NCBI GenBank assembly: GCA_054661495.1
Contig: BAAFSQ010000021.1
Coordinates: 1-32,000, forward strand
DNA length: 32,000 nt
DNA from: Zygophlyctis sp. KS116
Taxonomy: Eukaryota; Fungi; Chytridiomycota
Direction of reading: 5' to 3'
Position numbers and translations under genes: made by a program. Of the stretch, positions 13,701-26,407 are shown piece by piece; position 1 is the stretch's first letter; every line of letters starts with the position of its first letter. The notes beneath the pieces are model-generated. The model saw only the letters and a list, made by a program, of their open reading frames with translations. It was not told where the DNA came from and ran no database searches.

Positions 13701-15085
13701 TTAAATTTGAAAGGAAACAGTCCTTGTTTCATAGGTTTTGGTGTTTAATAAAACTATACTCTTTGTTTTTGTAAATTCAGGAACAAGAACAATTCTTGTA
13801 TTTCCATACTCTGAAAATTAATCATGAAAAATTACCAGATTCAACAAGTTTAGACTGATACAATGGTTGATTTCCTATGAAAAATAGGTTTGGTCTTTCT
13901 TTTAGAATAAATGGATCAGTGTCTGTAAAAGGATAACAGTCTTAAAATTAGCAAAGTAAAAATTTACAAAGTGTATCTGGTGCAGTAGGAGCAATATGAG
14001 CCCATTCCAACATTTTCTCTGCAATGCTTAGTCTATCTTGACTTTCTACATACTTGAAAACATCATCCATATTTTGACCACTTGTTCCTAAATACATTGA
14101 CCCATTTAATTCAAATTTAAAAGGATTAGATACCATACTTAGAGTTGATAAAGTACTAGATTTTGGTAATATAGAACGATGCCAAGGCTGTTGAGGCAAA
14201 AATGCATGACATGGATCACTTGAACCTGGCATTAAATCCACATCTAAATTAGAACAAAGATGATATAAAATATTATCAAATATTCTCAATGGAGAACCAT
14301 CAAAAGTCGAAACTTCCTGCCCAAACTTGTTTCTAACCTAAAAAATTATAATTTCTAATCACCTCTTTATCTAATCTCATTACTGGATCCACAGAATTCC
14401 CAACAATTATCAATCGTGAAATTAATTTAGAGACTGAAACATTTTCCTATAATTATTCTTTTAAATATTTTACATCAGATATACTCTTATCTGCAGTTAA
14501 AAAATCCACTAAAAGTTGTATAGAAACATCAATTGAACTTTTTCCTAAATTCAATCCTGAAACCAATGCAACCCAAGACTCTTGAAATTCTACAGTTGTA
14601 ATAGTTTTTGGAATAAAAGAGGGATAAATCACCTCCTTGACTCTAAAATCACCCTCTACCGTTTCCGTTCCTACAAATCCCAAAACAGTCCCAGACACCC
14701 AAACTCTTTCAGAGTCCATACAGTCCATGAGTAGTTTAACTCGTCCGCTCTCATCCTCTAAATAAACGATATCATTCTCTGTACAATATTTTTCTCTTGG
14801 CGGAGGAGCAGATTCCCAAACATTTCTCGTTACAGAGTCCAATACATTTGGCTTTAGAGGGGCATCAATATACAATGTTCCTAGAATAAATGCAGTTTGT
14901 CCGGGCAACACATCCAACACTGGCTTATTAATCACTGGAGAAGATAATCTTGGGCGTAGTAATTGCAGTCTAGTAAAATATAGTCCAGCATATTGTACAT
15001 GAAACACTTTTTCTTTTGGAACCAAGAAATCATTTAAATGTTTGACAGAATCAGAAATTCTTGGCATTTCCAGCGCAGTTAACAT
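13701..15085 (-). CDS. POL31: DNA polymerase delta small subunit (Pol31/POLD2)
   Basis: Introns 14447-14473, 14338-14362, 13941-13967, 13811-13835. LEDESGRVKL, MPGSSDP...LPQQP, GTSGQN, HIAPTAPDTL, YPFTDTDPF. Confidence 0.93.
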
Positions 15086-15182
15086 ATCAATCAATAGTTT
15101 CTAGATTTAGGCCTAGTCTATACAACAACTTGTAGTTTGATTTTCTAGTTTTAGGCGTTCGAAGCGCCGCTGACGATAATTG

Positions 15183-16711
15183 ATGTGGACGAATTGGAGA
15201 TTCTGGGCATTGTCTGCATTGGGAAAATTAATGCTTGGAATGCATTCATAGTAATTTTTACATTTTTCATGATAGTTATTCTACAGACTGGGAAGTTCAT
15301 AGGAATTGGATGGCCATCACTTCAAACAAGTCTCTGAAAGACTGGTACTATGAAGAAACCTCTATTTGGACTCTAGACTATCCTCCGTTTTTTGCTTTTT
15401 TTGAATTTTTACTGGGAATTCCAGCGTCGGTTTTCTATCCTCAAATGTTGGTAATTGCTAAAGATGGTTACTCTTGTCAATATTCTATATTGTATCAGAG
15501 ACTTTCAGTAATTTTATCGGAAATTGTATTTTTTATTTCAATCATCAAATATGCTAAAATTACAAGTTATTCTCAAGAGATTTTAATTCTGGTGTTTTTA
15601 ATGCCGGCTTTAATCTTTGTTGATCATGTACATTTTCAGTATAATGGGTTTTTGTATGGAATTCAGATATTGTCTTTGGCTTATCTAAAAGAGAAGAGGT
15701 TTTTATTGGGGTCTTTTTACTTTGCTACAGTTTTAAATTTTAAGCATATATATTTGTATCAGGCTCCAGCGTATTTTATATATTTACTATCGGATTATTG
15801 TTTTAAGAATAAGGGATTTTCAATTTCTAGGTTTTTAAAAGTAGCAAGTGTGGTTTCTAGTGTTTTTATATTGTCTTTTGGAATGTTTTATGGTCATTGG
15901 GTTCAGATTATAAAGAGGTTGTTTCCTTTTAAGAGAGGGCTTTGTCATGCTTGTAATTACTCTTTTTAGATTTTAATAATAAAGATTGGGCTCCAAATGC
16001 ATGGGCATTGTATCAATTTACTGATAGGATTCTTACAAAAGGTAAGTTTTGGCTTTTAAATTGGTAGGACTGGTTCGGTTTGGGATGGCGGATGTAAATC
16101 AGGTTGCTTCATTGACAAGAGGTCTTGTTGGAGATTCTGAAATGTCTATATTACCAAATATTCCACCTATAACTACACTTGTGTTAACGGTTCTATCTCA
16201 GATTCCAATCTTGTATCAATTATGGAAAAATCCTAATCATGAAAAGTTTATGCAGGCTCTGATTTTATGTGGTTATGGATCATTTCTTTATGGATGGCAT
16301 GTGCATGAAAAGGCGATTTTAATGATTTTAGTTCCACTTGGCTTAATTTCATGGACTGATGAAAATCATGCTAGATTTTATTATATTCTTAGTTGCATTG
16401 GATCATTTTCTCTTTTTCCACTACTTTTCAAACCTGCCGAATTAATCACAAAAGTTACAATCGCTCTATCTTATGCAACAATTGCTCCATTACTTTTAAA
16501 GAAATTGTTGAAAATTCAAACTCTAAAATTCACTCAAATAGAGGTTCTGTATTTAAAGGGGTTAGCAGTAGCATTCTGTTTAATTACGTATATGGAATTC
16601 ACCAACAAGAGTCAATATGAATTTATGCCGCTAATGGTGACCTCAGTTTATAGTGCTATTGGAGTTTTTTATATTTGGGTGCAGCTATATCAACTCTTTC
16701 TTAAAATGTAG
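15183..16711 (+). CDS. ALG8: Dol-P-Glc alpha-1,3-glucosyltransferase
   Basis: Introns 15251-15275, 15953-15984, 16042-16067. STDWEVHRNWMAIT, WTLDYPPFFA, DHVHFQYNG, RLFPFKRGLCHAYWAPN, GWHVHEKAIL. Confidence 0.94.
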
Positions 16712-18420
16712 CTATAAAAAAATCCTTACACGATTTAAATATTTGATCAGACTCAATAGATTGATTAGATGCTTTTATAAAGCGGGAGTAACATTTATCT
16801 GGAGATTTGAAAATTAAATTTCGAGACTGGGAAGCTACTCCGGGTCTTATAGTTCCAAAATACCCAGTACCGTGAATGTTATTTGAGAGAGTATCGTAAT
16901 AATTGATTGATCCCGTTTGGATTTGGTTACTTTCTTTAGTCTTGAGCATCAAATCGGTTCTAAATTCGAAAAGTTTTCCCTCTGTTATTGATTCCAATTT
17001 TATGTGAAGAGGAACATCTTTTATCCTACTCTTTCTGAAATTAGTAGAACCGTGCATCCCTCTACTCTCCTCGTTTATGACTGATTTCATTTTACATACG
17101 ACTGTAGAATTTCCTTTGGAATTAACCACTTCATTTCTAAAATTGATTCTGCGCAGTGAATCAGCAATAAACCAAGAACCATCTGATTTTCGAATCTTGG
17201 ATTTTGCATAATATCTATTGGTAGCCTCTGTGACCCCCTTGTACTTTTTTGAATCATCATCCTTAAAATCAATACTTGAGAAATCATAAACTTTTGTAGG
17301 CCTAATATCCCATTTTAAAATCTCTCCTCTACTAGCCTTTTGCAATGGAGAATACTCGGGTTCACCATCGGTCCAAATCAATAGCCTTGACGATACAAAC
17401 CAGTGCGGATTTGGTTCTGAACCAATTGATAGAGATATTTTATGGTTTTTACCATTAATAAGAGGTAAAGAATACGTAAGATCTAAACTAGAATATGGTA
17501 CATCAAAAGTCCCTATAGATACTATTGGCCTCCATAACTTTAAGTTACAAAATATATCAAATTACCAATGGATTCATCCCTCCAGAATAAATTGTTGGAA
17601 ACAACCAATCCATGGCTACTAATGTATCATCAATATGTACAATAAGCTCTTTAAAAGACCCACCACCAAATATTCCTTGCGAAGGAGAAGAAATTTCATT
17701 TGGAACATTAAAATACCAAAATTCATCATCTCGATGAGCACTCCAAAATGTATCTAATTCCAGTTTAATCGTATTACTAGGAATATCTGGTAAATCAAAC
17801 ATTAATACATCATCCTTTTTTGTAATCATAAACCATCCATACGAGTTTGTTGATGCTGAAAGTGGATAAACCAACGATGCCGGCTCTACTAATACATCAT
17901 CCTGCTTATTTTTATAGTAGAAATCCAAAGAGACAGAGACCTTGAATACTCCAGTATAAACATCATTTACTATATTGTCAAGTGCGAGAACAAATGAATT
18001 TCCAGTTTTGAATAGAGCTTCAACTTTCGAAACATCCTTTTCTACATTCCATTCTGTACTAGAATTTTGTCCAGACGGTTCAGCAGTTGTAAACCTCAAT
18101 AACTCTGTCCCACCCAACCAACTTTCTATTAATACTTGAAGTAGTTACAATGCTCCAGTCCGATCAAACTGCCTTCCTTCCACAGACGCCTTGAGTTTCA
18201 ATACAACCTGATTATAACTTTTACAGTCTAAATTTGGAAAAGTCCCAATTACAGGTTTTCCATAAGAATTCCCAAATTCTGTATTTACCAACATCACTGA
18301 ACAGCTCTCTGAGCCTTTAATCAATTCAAGTCTTGGTTCTATACTATTTATTAAAGTATCTCTTGTCAAAAACTCTACTGATTCAGCCCATGCTCTTAAT
18401 AACTCACTCCGAGGCCACAT
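16701..18420 (-). CDS. Peptide-N4-(N-acetyl-beta-glucosaminyl)asparagine amidase A (PNGase A family)
   Basis: Introns 18122-18148 and 17538-17565. FGNSYGKP, GRQFDR, ELLRFTTAEP, DEFWYFNVP, PTIYSGGMNPLLWRPIVSIGTFD. Start codon inferred. Confidence 0.85.
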
Positions 18421-18439
18421 TTCTCTTAAAATTATAATA

Positions 18440-19070
18440 TTATTTTGATGGTGCAGATGATTTAAATGTACTAGATTTTGATGAAGTAGCAGCAAATATT
18501 TCCCCAACTATTGCAGAATCATCTGATAAAACATTCTAATAATTAGGGAAAATATTAAATTACTGAATCTACTAGTATTGGAACTGTTTGTTTAGATAAA
18601 CTCTTTGGTGCTTCAAACTCTAAAACTTCATTTCCTATAGTAGATCTTGGTACTAAGAACCCAGGATCCCCTTTTAAAAGTTTCATATCTATAGTAAGAC
18701 GTAAAATACAATTAACATTAGAGTCTCGTAATAATAATCTTCTACTAACCATTCTTTCACCAGCAAATTCCGATAGATTTAAAGACACAATTCCAATTTT
18801 TTCCCAAGTATTATCTTCAAAAAGTGCTTGTTTTATAGTAATTACAATATCAGCAGACTGTAGCACCCCATCTCTTCCTACAGAAATATATGTCTCAAAA
18901 ACTATTTCCTGATTCCAAGAAACGACATGATTCTTGACTGGAGCCTTTTGAGTCGATCCCTTGATCCTTCCTAATTTATATTTTGCATAATATAGTCCTG
19001 ATAAATACGGTAGATTTGAGAGATCGTGAATCGCCAAAACTATTTGAAACTTGCATTTCTTGGAAAACAT
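18440..19070 (-). CDS. NT-C2 domain protein (EEIG1/FAM102-like)
   Basis: IHDLSNLPYLSGLY...VKNHVVSW...GIVSLNLSEFA...LLRDSNVNCILRLTIDM. Intron 18536-18563, then NVLSDDSAIVGEIF...APSK*. Confidence 0.82.
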
Positions 19071-19133
19071 TTATTTTTCTCTTTCCCTTGATACTCTTGA
19101 TACTTGTTATTAAATTTCGTGATTTCACCTACG

Positions 19134-19230
19134 CAGGGACAGTAGGGACGGTAGGGACGGTAGGGACGGTAGGGAGCGCTCGGTGCCACTAGGATAGAGT
19201 GCCACTAGGAACACACTAGGACACACTAGC
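19134..19230 (+). repeat. GC-rich promoter repeats: (GTAGGGACG)x~5, GTGCCACTAGGA x2, ACACACTAG x2
   Basis: Directly visible in the divergent NT-C2/TFB3 intergenic region. Confidence 0.9.
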
Positions 19231-19257
19231 TCTAAAACCACTGGCCTAGACAGATAA

Positions 19258-20185
19258 ATGTCAAAACTGTTTTGTCCAGTTTGCAAGTCTGATGGATACT
19301 TGAATCCTAATCTTACTCTTCTAGTATCTCCCTGTTTTCATAAAATGTAATTTACAAGTCTAAATTTACAGGTGCACAACTTGCATAAATAGACTATTTA
19401 ATGCTGGACCATCTCCATGTCCAATTTGTAAAGAAATTCTGAGAAAATCTAGTTTTGTAAAGGTTCAATTTGAAGATGTCTGGGTAGAAAGAGAAATTGA
19501 TGTCCGATCTAAACTCTCAAAAATGTAATTTCTCTCTTTTTTTAATTCTAGATTTAATAAAAAATCTGTGGATTTTAAGACTTTGACAGAGTACAATAAT
19601 TACTTGGAAATGGTTGAAGATTTTGTTTTTAATCTAGTAAATCAATCAAATTTAGAAGAAACTAGAGAATTAATTTCAAAATATAAACAGGAAAATAAGG
19701 AATCAATTCATAAAAATAATACAGCTTTATTAAAAGAATCTCAGTCTATATCTTTCAAGTTGGAAAGAGAAAAAAAAGAAAAAATTCTAAGAAAAGAAGC
19801 ACTATTAAAGGAAATTAAAGATGCAAAAGAGTCTCAAAATACTCTACATGAATCATTTATAAATCAATTAGCAGAAGCAACAGATCAAGAATCTTGTAAT
19901 GCTGCATTACAAGAATTTAGGTCAAATTTAAAAACTCAAAATCATGAATTAATATTAGAAGAAATGTTGGATAATTTTCAAGAAGAAGAAGATGATTGGA
20001 TAATAGATGAAATTAATCAAAATACTTGGACTGTTTTAAATAATTATCTTGATCCTTGGACTGCACATTTAAAAACACCAGAAAAAAGTGTCTATATAAA
20101 GGCTTGTGGATATACTCCAGTAATGACTTATGAAAGATCTCTTTCAAGTGCTTTTGGGAGTATTTTGGTTGGTTTAGAAGAATAA
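19258..20185 (+). CDS. TFB3: CDK-activating kinase assembly factor MAT1/Tfb3 (RING)
   Basis: Introns 19347-19371 and 19525-19551. CPVCKSDGYLNP...PCFHKMCTTCINRLF...CPIC, FED..VEREIDVR, YNNYLEMVED. Confidence 0.93.
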
Positions 20186-20251
20186 TTTTTCTGTTGTCTG
20201 GGCTTATAGCGCAAAGAGTCTTTAAGTGTTGGAAATAGTGGAATCATAAAA

Positions 20252-20295
20252 TAAATCTAAAACTATAACATAAACTAAATCTAAAACTATAACAT
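20252..20295 (+). repeat. Direct repeat TAAATCTAAAACTATAACAT x2 (24-bp period) upstream of RTP1
   Basis: Copies at 20252-20271 and 20276-20295. Confidence 0.8.
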
Positions 20296-20325
20296 TACTA
20301 AAACTAAAATTTGAATTTCTTAAAA

Positions 20326-22867
20326 ATGCAAAATCTATCAAATCTCATTCTCAAAGATCAAGAGGAGCAAAAGGATCAAAAGAATTTATTAGAAATGCTA
20401 GAAAATCTAGAGTCGATAAAGCATCAGGAAATGTTTGGAATTAAAGATGCAAGAGTTTTGGCGGTTTCTTTCAAGATTTTGGTTGATTCTGTCATTAGAA
20501 AATTGATAATTTCGGCATCAGACAATAGTAAAGTTGAGGAGGAAATGGCTCAGAGAATCATCTGCATTTTACTGCATTGGATAACTGATCAAAGAGTTCA
20601 GACTTTTGGACCAAGAGAAATCATTCTTAAACATTTTCTAGTTGAACTGTTTCATGGACTATTAATCTTGAAATCTCCTAGGATTTATGATTTATTAGAC
20701 TCGATTCCTCTTACAACTGCATTCAAAGTTTTGCTTTCTCTAAATACAAGAGAAAGAATACAAGTGACAAACTTGCTCTCAGAATTATTACAAAAAGATT
20801 TTGGGATTTCTTCTTTAATGCAAGTAGTTCCTGAAAATTCAAGTAAAGTTAAAATGCTGGCAAAATTATTAGCTACAGTTCCTTTAAAGGTTGAAAAAAG
20901 GGACTATTATAAAAATATATCAAAACAATTGCTATTATTACTGTCGGAAAGAGAACAAGATTTGGTAAAAGCAAATTTAGGGGCAGAAATACTTTTAGAA
21001 ATTATAGAAAATTCCTCAAAAGAGGATGTCAAAGAATATTTTATGGATTTTTTACTCTATCCATCTCATCTTATTTGTGATTTTACAGGGAAAATGGAAA
21101 AATTCCAATCAGAGGAGGAATTGGATTTGGATGGGAATTTAATACTGGTTTCAGAAGAAGAATTGGAAAGGAATTTAATTCAAACACAATTATTATTAAA
21201 TAATTTAAAAGGGAAAAGGAGGATTACAGACTTTTTAGTCAAAAGTAAAAGAGTATTTAAACTAAAAAAAGGTTTTAGAGGCTTATACTTTTTATATCAA
21301 TATGCAGTTAATTCAAAATCAGGGATAAAAATTGTCTTGGAAGAATTGTTGCCAAGTTTTTTAGAACTAGAAGATAACAATCCGATAGAATGTTTACGGT
21401 CTGCAAGTTTTAAGCCTGTTCAAAAGAATTTTGTAAATATTGTTCATGGGTCGAATGGGGGTTTGGCATTATCTCAAGGATCAGAACATGAGTAAAACTT
21501 TTTATGGTAATATTTAGGCTAATGCTGGATATTGATACTTTTATGAGCCTATTAAGGAAAAGCGAAAAATCTCTAATTGCGCAGTTGATGTTGGACCTGC
21601 TGGAATTTAATTTTTGTTTAAAAGAAGTAGAATCAAGGCTCGACACAAACGATAGGTATGCAAGTTGTATTTATTTTAGAATTTTGGTTTTTAACTTGAT
21701 TCTTGCAATTATGGATGAATACGGCTTTGAAATCATTCAAAATTTTAGTGAAGTCTTATCATTGATCAAGAGTATTATTTTAAGTGAGGATAGTGAAGTT
21801 GTGCCGCTTGGTTTAACTCTTTTAGCTGCTATTTTGGGCAATGGTAAGTTGAGTAAATTGATGATTAGATGCGATGGAGCTATCAACAGAAAACATGGCT
21901 GAATTAAAAGAATTAACTGCCATTCTCGATGAACATTACCAAAATGAGGAATTTTCTGATCTCGCTGATGAAGTTAAAATGTTGATTATTTCAAAATCAA
22001 ATAATTCTGACGTTGGTATGATTTTTCTAGGCTAATTATCTGTAGAAGAACCCCCAATATCTAATAATGAATCAAATACAAAATTTCAAGATGCAATCAA
22101 ATCATTGGCTGATCCTTTGTTACCTATTCGTGCTTTTGGATTAAACACTCTGAGGAGTTTAGTGCTCAGTTGCGACCCTATTGTAAATGAAAGGCTGGAT
22201 CTTATTATAAATATTTTTTTGGAACAATTAGCTGATGAGGACAGGTAATATACAATAATTGACGAATTAGCTTCATCTATTTAAACTCTGTGAAGGGATT
22301 AAGTGCATTAACTGATAAGTTTCCAGCACAATGTTTAAAGAGCATTGTAGCCCGTTATAGAGACGGCCAAAGCTTTGCCCTTGACTATAGACTGCGAGTT
22401 GGTGAAGCATTGATGCAGACAATCCAAAGAAGCGGGAAAACATTTGCAAAATATGGTATGGTTAAAACAAATGCTAAATGCAAGGTGCCCCGATTTTAGA
22501 ATCTGTTTTGAAGGTTATGCATGATGAGAAGAAGGAGATGAGAGTCAGTGCTATGTCTTGTCTCGCAATGATATCACAAGAAGCACCATTAACTCTTCTT
22601 CCTATAATTTATCAAGTCATGCAGTACTTTACAAACCTCTTAGTATTTGAAGATACAGTAGAAACACGACGAGCGGCAGTGTATAATCTCGCTGCCCTGA
22701 TTAAGGGAATGGATGGATCATTCTTCACTAATGTACCCAGCGACATCATATCTTCTCTTCAAAGGCAGCTCGAGTACATAGAGGCCACAGATCAAGACCC
22801 TCTAACAAAATCCCATGCACGAGATGCAATTTCACAAGTGTACATGCTTGCACCTTTTTTGCAATAA
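20326..22867 (+). CDS. RTP1: Rtp1/TANGO6 (TMCO7) HEAT-repeat protein
   Basis: Introns 21245-21271, 21492-21517, 21656-21679, 21844-21868, 22016-22045, 22245-22270, 22456-22484. LADPLLPIRAFGL, DEDSFIYLNSVKGL, RLRVGEALMQ, MRVSAMS, TRRAAV. Confidence 0.85.
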
Positions 22868-22876
22868 TAATAATAA

Positions 22877-23857
22877 TTAAAGAAAGTCTATATATTCTGA
22901 AACTTGGTCAAATAATAAAGTTAATAATTCAAAAGTTTGCTCCATCTGCACTATAACTGTTTGTTGAGAAGTATGTCTCTCCAAAAGTTTTCCTAAATGT
23001 CCAATTTGAGAGGAATCAGAGCAATTCAAAACCATGACTAAACTTCCAACTGAAGGTATAACTGTTTCTAGATGTCTTTCCTTTACATTTTCTAATAAAT
23101 CTCCAGAATCGGTCCTAATAACGCATTCATTTTGAGACAAGACATCTTGAACGACCCCTTTATGACCATAATGAATACCATCTTTAAAAGACTTACTGAT
23201 TATTTTCTATTGATTAAGCCAAATTTAAATTACAATCCTTATTCTAGGTCTAACCCATCCGGTAATTTCAGACTCTTTATTCAAAACTTTATCAACCTCT
23301 TCTCTTGAAACCGTGACAACTTCATCTAGCCAAACTCGAGCTTCAGTAGATCCTAATAACTTAATTTTTGCCGCAACTCCATCTGCTTTCTCTTTAATCT
23401 GAATTATCTCGCCAATCAGACCTTGATTTTTGCCATGTAAAATTTTAACATATTCTCCAATCCTTGATTTTTCTTCAACCTTTACTTTTTTCGGCATTGG
23501 TTCCTTAAACTGAAAAATTAGAATTTTTAAACATACTTCTTCCTTTCTCTTTCCTCTTTCATTGGGCAGCAACGGATCGAATTCTGCTCCTAATCCTAAC
23601 AAGTGTGGTCTAGGTTTATTGATGACTGGCTCAATTGCTCTAGCGTTTAAACAGCTAAATTACCCATTCTTCCCAATTCCCTGTCCCTCTTTCCAACCCA
23701 TTCCTTTGAGAAGGCTGAGCCCAAAGTCTTCTATCGGAACCCTCTCATAGACTGATAAATCTGACTCTAGCGGTCTGTCGCCAATTGCATTTTTGAAGAC
23801 TTGAGAGTCTGAAGAGGACTTTTTGTCAGAAGGGTTTTTATTAATAGTAAAACTCAT
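22877..23857 (-). CDS. GPKOW: G-patch and KOW domain splicing factor (GPKOW/Spp2/MOS2)
   Basis: Introns 23640-23663, 23510-23536, 23207-23233. YERVPIEDFGLSLLKGMGWKEGQGIG, RP.LLGLGA, KOW motifs, HLETVIP. Confidence 0.9.
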
Positions 23858-26388
23858 GAATCTGTAAGCAACGATGCTATTGCGGTTTGCAAATCTCCAG
23901 ACTGAGCACTCAACGCAGACACAGACTTTTCTAAACGTTAAACCCTAAGATTACCTCTTGAGAAGCCCATGTCCATCAATGTTGATACATCTTTTTCTAC
24001 TACAAATGCACTATTCAAATCTTCATCGCTGATTTTGACTTGCTTAGTATCATCCCAAACGATTGGGGAATTTAGATCAAATGTCTTTGCAGGTTTAGAC
24101 TCGGGAGCTGCGCCGTTCGGACTAGCAAGATCAAATGCATTCTCAAATGATACAGCAGGTTTGGTAATTGAAGTAGAGGTAGGTGTATCAGAAAATGCAG
24201 CAGAAAACTCTGCATCTACATCAATAATATCTGAAAACGCCACTTCAAATGGTTTTGGAGGAGATCGAACAGTGTCAGATTTTCCAGAGGCTGGACGTGA
24301 AGTATCCTTTTTAGGTCTATTTGATTCAATGAGAGCATCGATTTCACTCTTGTCAACTAAAGTATCTGGCTTGATGGGCTTTTTAGTGGTAGGTATTGGT
24401 GGTGCCAGGCTTCCAGTAGTCAATGAGACTGGTCGAAAAGATTCAAAAGGATCAATATCTTCAGGTGTTTTGACAGGAGTTGATTCAACAGAAACAGCAT
24501 TTGGATTCGGGGAAATAATTGCTTGCTTTGGTGTTTGGTTTTGAAGTTTTTGGGTAAAACTATTAAATTCTTTGGATAAATTATCTACATCGGATTTTGC
24601 ATCATTTGCTAGTTTCTGATTCATTTCGAGAAACCTGGAATTATCCCTAATTTGAGCTTGCATTCTTTCAAGTTCAGATTTTAAAGTCTTTGCTTGCTCT
24701 GTAAAAGTTTGAATCATTCTTTTGGCCTGAAAGTTGTCTTCCTTGATCCTTTCCAATTCATTTGCCAAATTTGTTTTTTCATTTGTACTCGATAAAATCA
24801 TTTGCTGCATTTTTTCAAGTTCAGTTTTAGTTTTTTCTAAATCAAGAGTCTCCCTTTTTATTGACCCCTGGATTTCAGAAAGTTTTAACAATTCTTCGTC
24901 ATAAGTAGTTTTCAACGAGGCAATCTGAGTTTCTAACTCCTTCTTTTTAACAAGAATTGTCTGTAAATCTTTTTGATAAATTGTGTTTTTAGTCTGAATT
25001 TCTTTAACAGATACATCAAGACCAGATAATTTTTCTTGTAATAAGCTAGTTTCATCATGATCAGCAAAGTCTAAACATTATTGAATATAAAATGTTTTTA
25101 CCATTCTGGCTAACTGCAGAGCCAAGATCGGAAGGTCTTGGAGAAGTTACAGAGGCTCTAATAGATCTTAATTTTGGAGGAATATATTCAATCCCTAGTT
25201 TTGCAGGAAGCTCCTTTCCACCCATTTTCTCTTTAATCAAAAACATTGCTATAATAAATTCTTCTCTAGACAACTTTCCTGATTTATCAAAATCAGACAA
25301 CTCCCTTTCCATTAATACAAAAAGCGTGATTTTACCAAACAATTGCCAAATATTCTTCAGGTAATTTAGATTTTAAAAAGAATGAGTAACCTTGTTCACC
25401 TAATTTAAGTAATTTTCAATGTAATACCTGTAACAAAACCCGATTTATTTTTATCAAGTTTATCAAAAAACCCAGAAAATTGTTTTTGATCTGCATCAGG
25501 AATTACCCAAGGAATCTCTTCAACTTGTACTTTATTCACAGAAGCAGCAATAGAAGTATTAGAAGAAACTTTAGACTCTACTACACTAGGACTAATAATA
25601 TTTTGACTAATCGCAATAGAATTCCAAAGAGATTGTGGAATAGAAGTTGGAATTGATGAAATCTGACCAGACCTTAATTTCCCAATAATAACCATTGCAG
25701 CCATAAATTGATTCTGAGAAATCTTTCCCGCACCAACAGAATCTACTAAAGCCCAAACTTTTCCAAGAACATCAAGAGGCAATTTAGATTGTAAAAATAT
25801 CTCTTTTGCAGCCTCACCTTTATATAAACCATTTTTTACCATGATTACCTTTAATAAACCCATCAACTGGCCCACATGAAGTAAAAGCACTACTAAACCA
25901 TTCTCTTTCTTCAATAGTTATCTGTATATTATGATTAGAGCCTGTTAAATTTGAAGTTATTGAAGACCCAGTAACCTGCGGCTTAATTTCTCTTGTTGGC
26001 GAGAAATTCAAAGATTGAAATAATGGTAATCCAGTACCTAGAGTATTATTAATAGCCGACAAAAATCATTTTAAAAAAGTAAATACATACTAGAATTTAA
26101 GTTTTCTAAATTTGGAACTTTTCCAGACTGTGCGACTGCAATCCATTTAAGAGCTTTAAAGAAATCATCTTTAACTAAAACTCCTTTTTTTTCTGAATCT
26201 GCCAATGTCCAAATCTAAAATCATTAAAAATTAAATACCAGTCCCAGTGTCTCTTGTGGAAGGCCTGATTTTAAAAAGAATGGAACCGCATCATTCGGCA
26301 ATACAATGCCCTTATTTGTACTATCAGCCTGTTTAAAAAGTTCAGAGTATGCTACTTTTTCCTCATCAGAAATCTCCAATTTCATCAT
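23854..26388 (-). CDS. EDE1: EH-domain endocytic scaffold (3x EH, coiled coil, C-terminal UBA), Ede1/Eps15-like
   Basis: Introns 26215-26238, 26038-26090, 25818-25848, 25400-25427, 25305-25335, 25071-25101, 23931-23954. Three EH repeats (F.KS.LP...L..IW.LAD). UBA LMDMGFSREKSVSALSAQSGDLQTAIASLL. Confidence 0.88.
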
Positions 26389-26407
26389 GAAATCCTTTTT
26401 TATTAAC

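Noticed and set aside
18983-19192. ORF with GTVGTVGTV repeat
   Set aside because: Just the translation of the 9-bp promoter repeat. It has a TTG start and overlaps the NT-C2 start antisense.
23969-24544. 191-aa plus-strand ORF, plus other antisense or alternate-frame ORFs (e.g. 4949, 6136, 9223, 25092, 31692)
   Set aside because: Shadows of real genes on the opposite strand or frame, with no recognisable motifs.
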